Positions 51,423 through 63,842 of a stretch of 64,000 bases of DNA are shown one piece after another. Under the pieces are notes generated by a model. It did not search any database and was not told the origin of the DNA. It was given only the letters and a program-made list of their open reading frames with translations. The translations under genes were made by a program, and so were the position numbers. Position 1 is the first letter of the stretch. Every line of letters starts with the position of its first letter. Origin of the DNA: an uncultured Acidobacteriota bacterium (GTDB lineage Bacteria > Acidobacteriota > Vicinamibacteria > Vicinamibacterales > CAVVIG01); assembly GCA_963734375.1 (NCBI GenBank), contig CAVTHG010000004.1:165363-229362 (forward strand), read 5' to 3'.

Positions 51423-52799
51423 TCAGAGCGAGTTCAGGAACGCGATCAGGGCCGCCCGATCGCGCCCCGCCATCGAGCGGAATGTCTCGCGCGACGTCGC
51501 GGCTTCGCCGCCGTGCCAGAGGATCGCCTCGCTGGCGTTGCGCGCGCGGCCGTCGTGCAGCAGAAACGTATGGCCGTTCACCTTGCCGACCAGGCCCAGC
51601 CCCCACAGCGGCGGCGTGCGCCACTCGGTTCCCGACGCGGCGAATGTCGGCCGTCCATCCGCAAGGCCGCTGCCCATGTCGTGCAGCAGCAGATCGGTGA
51701 AGGCGTGGATCGTCTGGTTCGCGAACTCGGGCTGCTCGGGAAACGATCCGGTGCGCGCCGCCGGAAGATGGCAGGCGTCGCACCGCGCCGCGGCGAACAG
51801 TTCACGCCCGCGCCCGGCCAGCGGATCGTCAGCGGTGCGCGCGGCAGGAACGGCAAGGCTGCGCGCGTAGAGCGCCACTGCGTCGAGGATCTTTTGGCTC
51901 GCCTCGGGTTCAATGCGCGCAGGCCGCAGTGCCGCGGCTTCCTGGCGCGCCGTGTGGTTCTCGCTCTGGAACAACGACGACGTGATCCCGATGTCGCCGA
52001 GGAAGGCGCCAGCCGTCTGCTGCAGCACCGACGGCTGCTCAGCCTTCCAGCCAAAGCGTCCGATCGCGGTTCGGCCGGTCACCTGATCCCAGACCACGTT
52101 CGTGCGGCCCGACACGCCATCGTGGTTCGCATCGTCCGGATCGGCGAGACGCTGCAGGGTGGCCGCGGGAATGGCTTCGAGCAGGCCGAGGCCGATGACC
52201 GCCGGCGACACGCGCGGCGAAACGAGCAGCGGCCCGTCGATCGGACCATAGCCCGGGTTGGCAATCCGATAGGTCGGCCGCCGCAGCGAGAACGGTTCGC
52301 CGTCGCCAAACGTGCCGGCGATCTCGTCGTAGCTGACGAAGACGTCGGCTTCGCGCGGAACGCCGGGAACCGATTGCCCCTGGATCTGATCGCCGTAGAC
52401 GGGGTGCGGCCGCGGCCCGCCGTGCTCGTCTTCGCCGGCGACGCTGATGCGGACCAGCATGCTGTCCATCGGCTCGCCGTCCGCGGGCGGACGGCCGCGT
52501 CCATCCTTGAAGTGGCATCCGGAGCACGACCGCGCGTTGAAGAGCGGGCCGAGGCCGTCGCGCGCGGCGACCGACGCCGGCGCCACGATCCAGTTCTGGT
52601 TGAAGAACGAGTTGCCGACGAAGAACGACGACCGCCGCTCTTCCGGCAGGTTGCGCGCCGGCAGCGAGAAGGCGTTGCGCGAGGTGTCGAAGACGGTGCC
52701 GTCGCCACCCGACAGCGTTTCTTCGCTCGACGCTGCGGCCCAGACGCCGAGCGTCACTGATAGCGCCGAGATCAGCGTGGACCAGGTTCTGCAGCGCAT
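51423..52799 (-). CDS. Di-heme oxidoreductase family protein (DHOR/DUF1111)
   Basis: DGLGPLFNARSCSGCH, GRFGWKA, CDACH, DLLLHDMG, WRTPPLWG, LHDGRA. Confidence 0.92.
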   Translation of the reverse strand: MRCRTWSTLISALSVTLGVWAAASSEETLSGGDGTVFDTSRNAFSLPARNLPEERRSSFFVGNSFFNQNWIVAPASVAARDGLGPLFNARSCSGCHFKDGRGRPPADGEPMDSMLVRISVAGEDEHGGPRPHPVYGDQIQGQSVPGVPREADVFVSYDEIAGTFGDGEPFSLRRPTYRIANPGYGPIDGPLLVSPRVSPAVIGLGLLEAIPAATLQRLADPDDANHDGVSGRTNVVWDQVTGRTAIGRFGWKAEQPSVLQQTAGAFLGDIGITSSLFQSENHTARQEAAALRPARIEPEASQKILDAVALYARSLAVPAARTADDPLAGRGRELFAAARCDACHLPAARTGSFPEQPEFANQTIHAFTDLLLHDMGSGLADGRPTFAASGTEWRTPPLWGLGLVGKVNGHTFLLHDGRARNASEAILWHGGEAATSRETFRSMAGRDRAALIAFLNSL

Positions 52800-52802
52800 G
52801 GT

Positions 52803-54008
52803 TCAGAAATTCAGCTTCAACCCGAGCGCCGCGCCGGCGTGTGCGATCGAGTCGGCCTGCGCACGCAGCGCGACGATGAGCTTCTTGACCGCGATCCGGC
52901 CTGGCGCCTTGTCGGTGCCCTGAATCGCGACGTCGAACGGCGGCGGCACCGCGGCCGCCGCGGCGGTGCTCGCTTCGATCTGCCGGCCGAGCGTGCCCGC
53001 CAGTGCCGGGTCGACACGCGCCAGCAGATCGCGGACGCCGGCGCCCTCCACGCGCTCGCCGCCGACGCGCACGTAGCGGCCGAGCCAGACGTTCTCGATG
53101 CCGAGCACGTCGTGGACGATGTCGAGATGCGTGGTGTCGCTGAAGCAGGAGTGTTCGTCCTCCTGCTCCTTGGTTTCGTACGCGACCGTGAGCCGTTCGC
53201 CGGCGAGCTCCGATCCGCTGAGGATGCCGGCGCCCTTGAGGATGCACGCCAGCGCTTCGTCCGGCGGCATCGCCAGGAAGCGCTCGCGGTAGTTGCCCGG
53301 CGTACCCGGCGCCCACTCGCCAGCGACCTGCTCGAGATGCGTGACGAGCAGCTGCGACGCCGTCCGCAGGTACTCGCGCCGGCGGTTCGCGTGCGGCGCC
53401 TTGCCGTCGACGTAGTCGGCGTAGGTGCGCCGGCCCGGCCCTTCCTCGTTCAGGTCCTGGCCCCAGAGCAGGAACTCGATCGCATGGAAGCCGGTGGTGA
53501 TGTTCTTCTCGCCCCCTTTTTCGTTCAGCGACGCGATCAGGGCGGCGTCGATCGTCGGATACGTGTCCGGCTGGTTGATGACGCCCGCGTCGGGCTCGCC
53601 GTCAACGTAGTCGATGAGGTTCTCGTCGATCGGCCAGGAGTTGATCAGCCCTTCGACCGCCTCGATCGGACCGTCGTAGAAGCGGAAGGCTTCGGTCTGC
53701 ACGTACGGGACGCGGGCGGCGTTCCACGCCGTTCGCGCCCGCTGCAGCGACTCGTCGGTCGGCGCTTCGGTGAATGCGTCGATGGCGGCCGCGAGCGCAC
53801 GCGCGCCAGCCAGCGCATCGACATAGCCGGCGTGAGCGATCGCAGCGTACTGCGCGATGACCTCGTGCTTGAGTGTCGTCAACGCGCCTGAGCCGCTCGA
53901 TGCCGGAACCGGCGCTGTGGACAGCAGAGTCAGGAGGACGCCGGCCACAACAATCCGCGCGGCGTGTGAATGAAAACGAGGAAACCTGCGGGATGAGGAC
54001 CGGCGCAT
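52803..54008 (-). CDS. Imelysin/IrpA-like protein
   Basis: QTEAFRF, INSWPIDE, TGFHAIEFLLWGQD (HxxE), EDEHSCFSD. Confidence 0.9.
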   Translation of the reverse strand: MRRSSSRRFPRFHSHAARIVVAGVLLTLLSTAPVPASSGSGALTTLKHEVIAQYAAIAHAGYVDALAGARALAAAIDAFTEAPTDESLQRARTAWNAARVPYVQTEAFRFYDGPIEAVEGLINSWPIDENLIDYVDGEPDAGVINQPDTYPTIDAALIASLNEKGGEKNITTGFHAIEFLLWGQDLNEEGPGRRTYADYVDGKAPHANRRREYLRTASQLLVTHLEQVAGEWAPGTPGNYRERFLAMPPDEALACILKGAGILSGSELAGERLTVAYETKEQEDEHSCFSDTTHLDIVHDVLGIENVWLGRYVRVGGERVEGAGVRDLLARVDPALAGTLGRQIEASTAAAAAVPPPFDVAIQGTDKAPGRIAVKKLIVALRAQADSIAHAGAALGLKLNF

Positions 54009-54018
54009 CAGCCACCGG

Positions 54019-54072
54019 ACGTTAACAGGCAGGTGTAGCGAAGGCGTGTCGGGCACGTAACGGGTGTGTTAA
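54019..54072 (-). promoter_or_regulatory. Pho-box-type promoter of the imelysin operon
   Basis: TTAAC 54072, GTTAC 54061, GACAC 54050, GCTAC 54039; -10 TAACGT 54024. Confidence 0.65.
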
Positions 54073-54084
54073 TGGGAAAGGAGA

Positions 54085-54201
54085 GTAGGAGGTTTAAGAG
54101 GTCAGGAGGTCCCAGAGGTCAGGAGGTCCAGAGGAGGCTAAGAAATCAGGAGGCCGAGATCAGGAGTTTCCTCCTGATCTCCTGAGCCTCCTAATCTCCT
54201 G
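54085..54201. repeat. CAGGAG / CTCCTG inverted array
   Basis: gtcaggagg units followed by ctcctgat units. Confidence 0.7.
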
Positions 54202-54206
54202 GCGCG

Positions 54207-55727
54207 CTAGCGCTTCCAGCCCCAGGGGAACCAATCGCCGTCGCGGCGCTCGCGGCCGTGGCGGCGAACTTCGAAGCCGGTGATCTTCAGCAGCGCGCCG
54301 ACGCCGGTGGCGCGGTGCTGCAGGCTGACGTACAGCGTGTCGCCGGAGCCGTTGAAGATGATCCCGGTGGGCTCAGACGACGTATCGCGCAGCGACGCGA
54401 TCCGCACGCACCCATCGCTCTGCACATCGTCGTCGTCGCCGTCGGGAAGGCAGAAGAGGATGTCGTTGCCGCGCAGTTCGGTGGTGCCATCAGCCTTGAC
54501 GACTTCGACTTCGCCGTCCTCGGTCAGCGCGAAGTTGCCGCTGTGCGGCTGGAAGGCGATGTTGTCGAAGAAATTGAACTGCGGGTTGCCGGCAACGACG
54601 CGGCGGACGGTCGGAATCGCGCCGCTCGGCGCGGCCGCATCCGCCTCGTCGGTGAGGCACATCACCTCGCCGTAGATGGCGCCGGTTTCTTCGGCGCTGC
54701 CGCCGCCGTTCGACATCCGGCCCGTGTCGGTCCAGCAGACGCGCACTTCATCGTTCGACAGCGCGATCGGATCGATGTCCATGTCTTCCGGCCGGTAATA
54801 GCCGGTGAACCGCAGCTGCGCCTGCGCCGTGCGCAGCGGGATGTTGCCGTTGGCATCCGTAATCGCGGCCTCGTCGATCGCGGTCCAGACGCCCTGGCCG
54901 ATCTCGGTGCCCTGTCCGTGGTCGCCGGCCGAGCCGACGCGCAGGCCGAAGAGCTGGCCTGACACGAACGGCGAGGAGCCGGGCACGGTGATGATGCCGG
55001 CGCCCGCATAGGGGATGTCCGGCACGAACTTGTAGATGCCGCCGCCCGGGTTTCCGCCGCCGGGGCGCAGCTCGTCGCCGAAGATGATCGTCCCGTCGGG
55101 CAGTACCGGGTTGCCTTCGAACGCCAGCTGGCCCAGCGCCTTGCGCTTGACGACCCGTGCGTCGGTGGTGATGCCGGCGGCACGGTTGGTGACGGCGATC
55201 GGCGAGGTGATGCTGAGCGGGTTCATGATCTCGTAGGTGCCGCCGTCGGTCGATTCTTCGGCGACGGTCAGGCTGCCCCACGGCGTCCGGCGGATCGGAT
55301 CGCAGGCGACGATGCCGGTGAGGATCGTGCTCGCGTTGGACGCGGGCGGCAGCGAGAGATCGACGCGCTGTACCGCCGGGTTGGAGCTGCTCTCATCGCA
55401 CACGAACAAGTGGGTCGGGTGCCGATCGTCCGGCCAGAGCACGATTTGATCGGTCGAGAAATGCACGGCCGATGACACCAGCGAGACACGCAGGCCGCGC
55501 GCGACGGACAGCGCCTGCGTGCTGTCGGCGGCGGTATAGGGGCCGAGCGCGCTCCGGCTCAGCGAATCGGCGCCGAGCAGCTTTTCCGCGCGATCGTTCA
55601 GCTCGCGCTGCACGCGCAAGCCGAAGTCGCCACCGTCTTCGTCCGCAATCAGCCGCGAGCCGCCGATGCCGATTGCGGCCGCCGCCGCAAGCGCGATCGC
55701 GCCCGAAATCCAGACAGCTTTTTTCAT
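54207..55727 (-). CDS. PhoX-like (DUF839) secreted phosphatase family protein
   Basis: CD...TPWGSLTVAEE, ALGQLAFEG, RPED, DNI, SEPTG, SLQH; Sec-type signal. Confidence 0.75.
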   Translation of the reverse strand: MKKAVWISGAIALAAAAAIGIGGSRLIADEDGGDFGLRVQRELNDRAEKLLGADSLSRSALGPYTAADSTQALSVARGLRVSLVSSAVHFSTDQIVLWPDDRHPTHLFVCDESSSNPAVQRVDLSLPPASNASTILTGIVACDPIRRTPWGSLTVAEESTDGGTYEIMNPLSITSPIAVTNRAAGITTDARVVKRKALGQLAFEGNPVLPDGTIIFGDELRPGGGNPGGGIYKFVPDIPYAGAGIITVPGSSPFVSGQLFGLRVGSAGDHGQGTEIGQGVWTAIDEAAITDANGNIPLRTAQAQLRFTGYYRPEDMDIDPIALSNDEVRVCWTDTGRMSNGGGSAEETGAIYGEVMCLTDEADAAAPSGAIPTVRRVVAGNPQFNFFDNIAFQPHSGNFALTEDGEVEVVKADGTTELRGNDILFCLPDGDDDDVQSDGCVRIASLRDTSSEPTGIIFNGSGDTLYVSLQHRATGVGALLKITGFEVRRHGRERRDGDWFPWGWKR

Positions 55728-55787
55728 GGTCACCTTCTCTCCTGTGCTGCGGCGCTGTCCCCTCTGGACAACCCGGCAGCATCCGCG

Positions 55788-55841
55788 AATCTAGAGAGCG
55801 GCTGTTGCGACGCCGTGTCGAGCGGTGCAATTCGCTGTAAC
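55788..55841 (-). promoter_or_regulatory. Pho-box-type promoter of the PhoX-like gene
   Basis: GTTAC 55841, TTGCA 55830, GACAC 55819, GCAAC 55808; -10 TAGATT 55793. Confidence 0.65.
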
Positions 55842-55894
55842 GGGACAGGCAGGTCGGGTGGGTTTGCGGCTGCTTCGTAAGGAAAGCGTTTCGA

Positions 55895-57988
<2,094 letters not shown>

Positions 57989-57999
57989 GATGATCCTTG

Positions 58000-58094
58000 G
58001 GGCAGCCCTGAAGGGCTGCGCTACGCGACGTCGGCGGGCCTGAAGACCCGCCCTACACGGGGCCGCCGCCGTGGGGCGGCCCTTCAGGGCCGCC
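58000..58094. repeat. REP cluster (three palindromes)
   Basis: gcagccctgaagggctgcgctac; ggcgggcctgaagacccgccctac; gtggggcggcccttcagggccgcc. Confidence 0.75.
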
Positions 58095-58096
58095 GC

Positions 58097-59393
58097 TCAA
58101 TCGTAGCCGCCGAACATGAACAGAGAGATGTCCTCGTCGGTGGAGTTCATCAACCCGTGCAGGTTGCCGCCCTTGAGCAGCGCGAAATGGCCGGCGCGCA
58201 GCGTGCGGACCTCGAAGCAGCGTTCGCGCTGCGGCATGCGGCACCAGTCGCCGACCACCATGTAGCCGCGTCCCTCCATCATCAGGAACGCTTCCTGGTT
58301 GTCGCGATGGCGGTGCAGGCCGATGCCGCACGCCGGGCTTCAGGATGTGGAGGTCCATGTAGTCGACCGCCATGAAGTCCTCGCGGCGCGTCGAGTCGTC
58401 CTTGCGGCCGAAGGCGTCGAAATTCCACGGCTGCACCATGCGCGCAAGCTCGCCGGTGCCGGCGTAGCGGCCGTAGTTGGAGAGCAGGTTGCGGTACTCC
58501 AGGAAGCCGACGCCGCCGTGCGGATTCGGGCTGATGCCGACGCTCAGGTAGCTGTCCCAGCCGCGCAGCACCATGTTGAATTCGTAGTGATAGTTGGCGC
58601 CGCCAAGGCTGTCCCAGGCCGTCTGCTCGCGGTTGGCGAACGCGAGCTCGATGTGCAGCGGCCGCACCGGGTGCATCGCGTGGTCCGGGGCGATGAAGGT
58701 GAGCAGCTGATCCTCGATCTTGCCGCGTTCGAAGTCGGACATCTGGCCTGGCACCAGGTCGGGCATCACGATCAGCTCGCCCCGCTTCAGGGCCTCACGC
58801 CCGCGTGGTCCCAACCGGGCCGAGAGGTTGGGCCCCTGGTATCCCCAGATCTCGATCTCGTACCGATCGGATTGCTCGTTGTACGGCACGGTCAGCAGCT
58901 CCGGCGTCGCGGCGTTGCCGACGCGCAGCCACAGCTTGATTGCCGGGCCCAGCTGATGGTTGGCCGCTTCGGAGAGCCGCGAGTCGGGGCCGCCGCGGTA
59001 CGAGATGCGGAGGAACGGCCCGACCCAGTCGCCCGCCGCCGCCCAGCCGCGAACCAGCAGCGTGTCAGTGGCGACGAAGCTGCCGACGTTCTGCTTCTGG
59101 AAGTCGGTCTTGTTGTCCTGGCGGGCCGGATCGAGGTTGTCGGCATCGCCACCCTGCGGCCCGAACAGCTGCAGACGCTCGTAGGGAAACAGGTACTGCA
59201 GGTGGTCGTGCAGGTACGACTCGCGCTCGGCGGCGAGCTGCAGCTGCTCGACGAGTCGCAGCAGCGTGATCAACGAATTGCCGCGGTCGTAGTCCGGCGT
59301 CGTGCCAGGTTGGACCCGGACGACGGTATCGCCCGCCAGTTGCGGAGCGGCGGGCACGGCGCGGAACAGGCTGTCGAGATGAACGACTGACAT
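58097..59393 (-). CDS. Large protein with C-terminal cupin domain (frameshift ~58335)
   Basis: CGIGLHRHRDNQEAFLMMEG...GGNLHGLMN after frame correction; N-domain unrecognised. Confidence 0.78.
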
Positions 59394-59402
59394 GGGTGCG
59401 TC

Positions 59403-60545
59403 TCAGGCAGTGTGGTAGAGGAACGCCACGAAGCGCAGCGGCTGCTGCCCCTGGTTGCGGATGCCGTGCATGCCGCCGCTCTTCGTGAAGATGATCGAGC
59501 CGGGCTGGACCGGCAGCTCCTTGCAGGCGCGCGGCCCGATGCCGTAGATGTCGCGGGTGACAGTGGGGTAGCGGTCGGTGGACGGGTCGTCGCCTTCGCG
59601 CATGTAGGCGACGCCGGTGCCCTCGGTGATGTAGTACAGCTCCTCGGAGCCGATGTGCTGGTGCGTCCCCTCGACCGTGCCGGGCGGGATCGTCACCTCG
59701 TGGAAGAAGACCACCGAGCCGCCGAACTCGCGCTGCAGCAGCCAGCGCATCTCGATGACGTTGTCGTCGCCGCGATCCGGATTTTCCCCGTCCATCATGC
59801 GCGTTGCGGTAGCGCACCGGGGCGACGTCGCGGGCCTTGGGCACGAACCAGCCGCGCTGGAAGTCGAGCAGGTAGTTCTGGTCGTCGACGGTGTTGCCGG
59901 CATCGCTCGGCGTCTGGCTGCGCGGCTCCTGGTGCGAGCGGACGAAGTTGTTGTCCCAGGCGCGCTCGGCGGGCGCAATCGGGTAGCCGAACGGCAGGTC
60001 GCGATCGTTCTCGCTGAAGGCGAGCTCGACCTGGCGGATGTTCTTCATGTTCGCGAGCGCGGGATCGAGCGCCGGCACGCGCGTGATCTGCGCCTCGCTC
60101 CCCATCATGTCGAGCACCTGGTAGTCGTGCCGGCGGCCCGCCGGCGGCTCGAGCGTCTCCCACAGCTCGACCTGAAAGGCATCGACCCAGCGGTCGTAGT
60201 GCAGCTTCGACCGTCGCCTCGGCCGGCGGGTCGTCGTCCACCCGCAGCCGGATCCACGCCAGCAGCTCGCCGCGCACGAAGCGGCCGCGCTCGCGCGCGA
60301 CTTCGACCAGGCGCCCGGCGCGGTACTCGATGCGGACGAAGTTGGACAGAACAGCCCGTCCATGTAGACCTCGCCCTTGAGGACGATGGTGTCGAACTTG
60401 CCGCGCACCTCCTGCACGTTGTAGCGGTAGCGCGGCTGCGCGTCGCGTTCAGGTAGCGCGCGTGGTAGATGCGGTCGGGAAGAAGACGACCTGGAAGATC
60501 TCGTTCTCGGGCGGCGTGAAGATGCTCGTCGAAGCTCGGATCCAT
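59403..60545 (-). CDS. Large protein with C-terminal cupin domain (several frameshifts)
   Basis: VEGTHQHIGSEELYYITEG...GGMHGIRN; N-domain unrecognised. Confidence 0.78.
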
Positions 60546-60552
60546 GGCCCTT

Positions 60553-62351
60553 TTACACCCTCGTCTTGAGCACGTCCGCCGACGCGGAAGCGCGTTGGCC
60601 TGGATGGTCAGTGTCGGGTTGGCGCCGCCCGAGGTCGGCATGAAGGCGCCGTCGGTGACGTAGAGGTTGTCGAACTGCCAGGCGCGGCAGTCCGGGTCGA
60701 GCACGGAGTCGTTCGGGTCGGTGCCGAAGCGCGCGCCGCCGAGGATGTGGTTGGCGATCCGCGCCGACGCGTTGGTAGCCATCTGGACGTGGCCGCTCGA
60801 CAGGTCGTCGCCGTCGGGGCAGCCGGCGACGAGGATGCGCCGGCATTGGTCGGCCAGCACGTTCATCAAGTGGACGTCGTGCGCGTGCCAGTCCTTGATG
60901 ATGTGCGCGACCGGCCGCCCCCACTTGTCCTTGACGCGCGGGTGCAGCGCGATCCGGTTGGACGGCTGCGGCACCTGGTTCGCCATGAAGCTCACCGACA
61001 GGCGGCGGCCGAAGTTGTCGCCGATGAAGTTCGCGAGCCCGTCGCCGGTCAGCGCCGGGTCGTTGATGTACCCCTCCCAGATCGTGTCGAGGTCCTGGCT
61101 GCCGTGGGTGCGTCCGAGCGCCAGCGGCAGCGCCTGGTCGGAGGTGTTGTTGTAGATCGCGCCGCCGGCCCAGACGCCGTTCTGACGGATGAACTCCGGG
61201 CTGGCGGCGAAGTCGGTCGCCCAGTCGCTGTCGAGCGCCGCCACTTTGTCGGCACGCTCGCCGAGCGGCACGCGAATCTCGGCGCCGCCGAAGCAATGGG
61301 TGAGGAAGTAGTTGCCGAGCAGCCCCTGGCGGTTGATCCGCCGGTCGAAGTCCTGGTCGACCAGCCCCGACAGCATCAGCAGCCGCACCGATTCGATCGC
61401 CGAACAGGCCACGACCACGGCGGTGCCGTCGACCGTCCGCGCCGCGCCGCCGGCATCGCGATAGTGCACGCGCGTGATCTTTCCCTGCGCCTGCTCGAGG
61501 TGCGTGACGACGCAGTTCGGCCGCAGCTCGAAGTTGCTCAGCGTCGAGATCGGCGTGAGCAGCGACACCCACGTGTTCGACTTGAGCCCGAGCGGGTCGC
61601 CATAGCGGTTGACGAACGCGGTCGCGCGGATCCTCCGGCGGCCTTCCGTCCGCTCGGCGCGTGGTCTTCGGTGATGACCGCCAGCGGCGTGCGATAGCGC
61701 TTCATCCCCAGCGCGTCCATCCCGGCGGCGGCGAAGCGGCTGATCGGATTCGCGTCCAGCGGCGTCTGGTAGTGGTCCTTCGACGCCGGCTTGAGCTGGT
61801 TGTCGCGCGTGCCGTTGATGCCGACCAGCCGCTCGGCCTCCGTGTAGTACGGCTCGAGCTCGTCGTAGGTGATCGGCCAGTCGCGCGCCTCGCGCTGCAC
61901 GTCGCCGTTCGGGTCGTTTCGCAGGTCGGTGCGGCCGCGGTTGAAGGTCGCGAGCCGGAAGTCGTCGCGCGAGAAGCGCAGCGACACGGCGCCATAGAGC
62001 TGGGTGCCGCCGCCGACGACCTGCGCGGTATAGCCTTCGACCGTTGCCCGATCGATGCCGGCCGGATCGGTATAGACGTGCGGCTCGTCGTTGAGATCCG
62101 GCTCGACGTGGCTCGAGTAGATACGTCGCGCCCGAGTTGGCGACCCCGGCAAGCTGCAGCCGCTTGGCCGGCCCGGTCGAGAACATCTCGTCGCGCTTGA
62201 AATCGCTCAGGCCGTTCGGCATCTGATACTGCGTCCGCAGCAGCGGTCCCTTCTCGAGCACCAGCACCTTCTTGCCGGCCAGCGCGAGCGTGTGCGCAAT
62301 CGGCGCCCCGCCCGCCCCGCTGCCGACAATCACCACGTCGAATGACGCCAT
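60553..62351 (-). CDS. GMC family FAD oxidoreductase (frameshifts ~62125, ~61635, ~60590)
   Basis: VIVGSGAGG, VLEKG, VGGGTQLY, NHILGG, GGANPTLT. Confidence 0.9.
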
Positions 62352-62437
62352 CGCGATTCCTTTCGTCCGGAGTGTCCGGTTTCAGTCCCTTCGACGATCA
62401 GGGCGGTCCCGAGGCGCTCGAAGGACCGGACTGTCAC

Positions 62438-62461
62438 GGTCCGCCTGAACGCGGACACTAC
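62438..62461 (-). repeat. GTAG-REP
   Basis: Reverse complement gtagtgtccgcgttcaggcggacc. Confidence 0.7.
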
Positions 62462-62463
62462 AT

Positions 62464-63474
62464 TTACCCGCGATAAACCGGATCGGTGCCGAGCGGCTGC
62501 TCGGTCACCCGCCGCCAGTTGAAGAACGACTGGCCCGTCGCCGAATCGCGGAACCGTTCCTCGAGGTAGGCCCAGCCGGCGGCCGCCGCGTTGCCGCCGT
62601 ACTTCGGGTGCGAGAACGCGCCAGTGAAGGTGTGGCGGCGGAGCAACTGGAGGAAATACTTCGGGTTCTGATACGAGTTGAAGTCCCAGCCGTCGACCGC
62701 GCCGCGCCACATGTCGTCGTAGAGATCGACGAACATCTCGCGCGGCATGTCGCCCGGCTCGAGGAACGGGTTGCGCCGCCGCAGCACCCGATCGATCTCG
62801 CGCAGGCACAGCTTGTAGTCGAGGAGGTGCTGCGATTCCTCGCGGGCGAGCAGCTTGTCGATGTAGTTCACCACCCCGACCGGCTGGTCCAGGCGATACG
62901 CGTGCGCGTACTGCGACGTCTTGCTGGCACGATCGGCGGCGTAATAAAAGCGATCGAGGAAGTTCTGCCCGGCCTCGGTCCTGAACGGCAGGATGTGATT
63001 GGTCAGGCGCTCGAGCACCTTCAGCTCCCAGCGTTCGAACGACACCGGCTGCGAGCAGAGCTGCGTGAAGAAACGCGACCACTCGCGCCCGTTGTCGAGC
63101 GTCGTCCGCTGCGGATTGATTGGATCGAGCGTCGGCACGCCGTCGACGATGAACTTGTAGGTGTGGACCTCGCCTTTCGGCACGACGGCGGTGACGGTCC
63201 AGAACGGCGTGTCGGCAATCTGTCGCAGCGGAATCGCTTCGTAGAGGTTCGCGCAGCTGCCGACGAGCGACACCGCGGCCGGCGACTGCAGCCGCGCCCG
63301 GCCGTACACGAACGTCACTTCGTTGAAGGCGTAGGAGGCGGCCGGGTCGACGCCGTCGGAATAGCTGTCGATGATCGGGAACCGCCACGGTTCCGTGACG
63401 CGGTCGTCATCGCGCGCCAGGTACTTCGCGCAAACATTCAGGATCGCGACATCGTCTTTTTGGAGCAGCTGCAC
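62464..63474 (-). CDS. CBM48/AMPK-type glycogen-binding domain fused to gluconate 2-dehydrogenase subunit 3-like domain
   Basis: VSLVGS...WTVT..VPKG..HTYKFIVDG...DPINP; FLQLLRRHTFTGAFSHPKYGGN...GW; GAGAGG RBS before GTG 63474. Confidence 0.85.
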   Translation of the reverse strand: MQLLQKDDVAILNVCAKYLARDDDRVTEPWRFPIIDSYSDGVDPAASYAFNEVTFVYGRARLQSPAAVSLVGSCANLYEAIPLRQIADTPFWTVTAVVPKGEVHTYKFIVDGVPTLDPINPQRTTLDNGREWSRFFTQLCSQPVSFERWELKVLERLTNHILPFRTEAGQNFLDRFYYAADRASKTSQYAHAYRLDQPVGVVNYIDKLLAREESQHLLDYKLCLREIDRVLRRRNPFLEPGDMPREMFVDLYDDMWRGAVDGWDFNSYQNPKYFLQLLRRHTFTGAFSHPKYGGNAAAAGWAYLEERFRDSATGQSFFNWRRVTEQPLGTDPVYRG

Positions 63475-63519
63475 GTCGGCCTCTCGATGCAGGCTGCCAG
63501 ACAACACAGCCTGCACGTG

Positions 63520-63572
63520 CAAGTGAGAAGTTAGAGGTTAGAAGTTCGAAGTGAGAAATTCGAAGTCTGAAT
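63520..63572. repeat. Degenerate heptamer array GAAGT(G/T)(A/C)
   Basis: aagtgagaagttagaggttagaagttcgaagtgagaaattcgaagtct. Confidence 0.7.
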
Positions 63573-63633
63573 TTCTGGCACGCCGACGCGGCACACGTCA
63601 ACAGAGCTGCAGGAAAAATTGCACATGAGCTAA

Positions 63634-63842
63634 ACGTCTTACGCTCGTCGTTCGAACGTCTGACGCTTGTCGTTCTGACGTCTCACGCCCGTCGTTCGAG
63701 CATGTTACGCGGTCGTTCTGCGTCCGAACAACGAACGAGAACGAAGAACGACAGCGTGAGACGTCGAACGGAGAACGACCAGCGTCAGACGTAGAACGAC
63801 CAGCGTCAGATCGTCGAACGACAAGCGTCAGCCGTCAGACGT
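63634..63842. repeat. Inverted low-complexity array (TGACG/CGTTC ... GAACG/CGTCA)
   Basis: Left arm gttcgaacgtctgacgcttgtcgttc mirrors right arm gaacgacaagcgtcag. Confidence 0.65.

Noticed and set aside
54009-54056. GTG start at 54056 for the imelysin gene
   Set aside because: It lies inside the predicted promoter; ATG 54008 or a later start is more plausible.
54009-54084. Fur box upstream of the imelysin operon
   Set aside because: No GATAATGATAATCATTATC-like AT-rich palindrome is seen; 11-bp direct repeats fit better.
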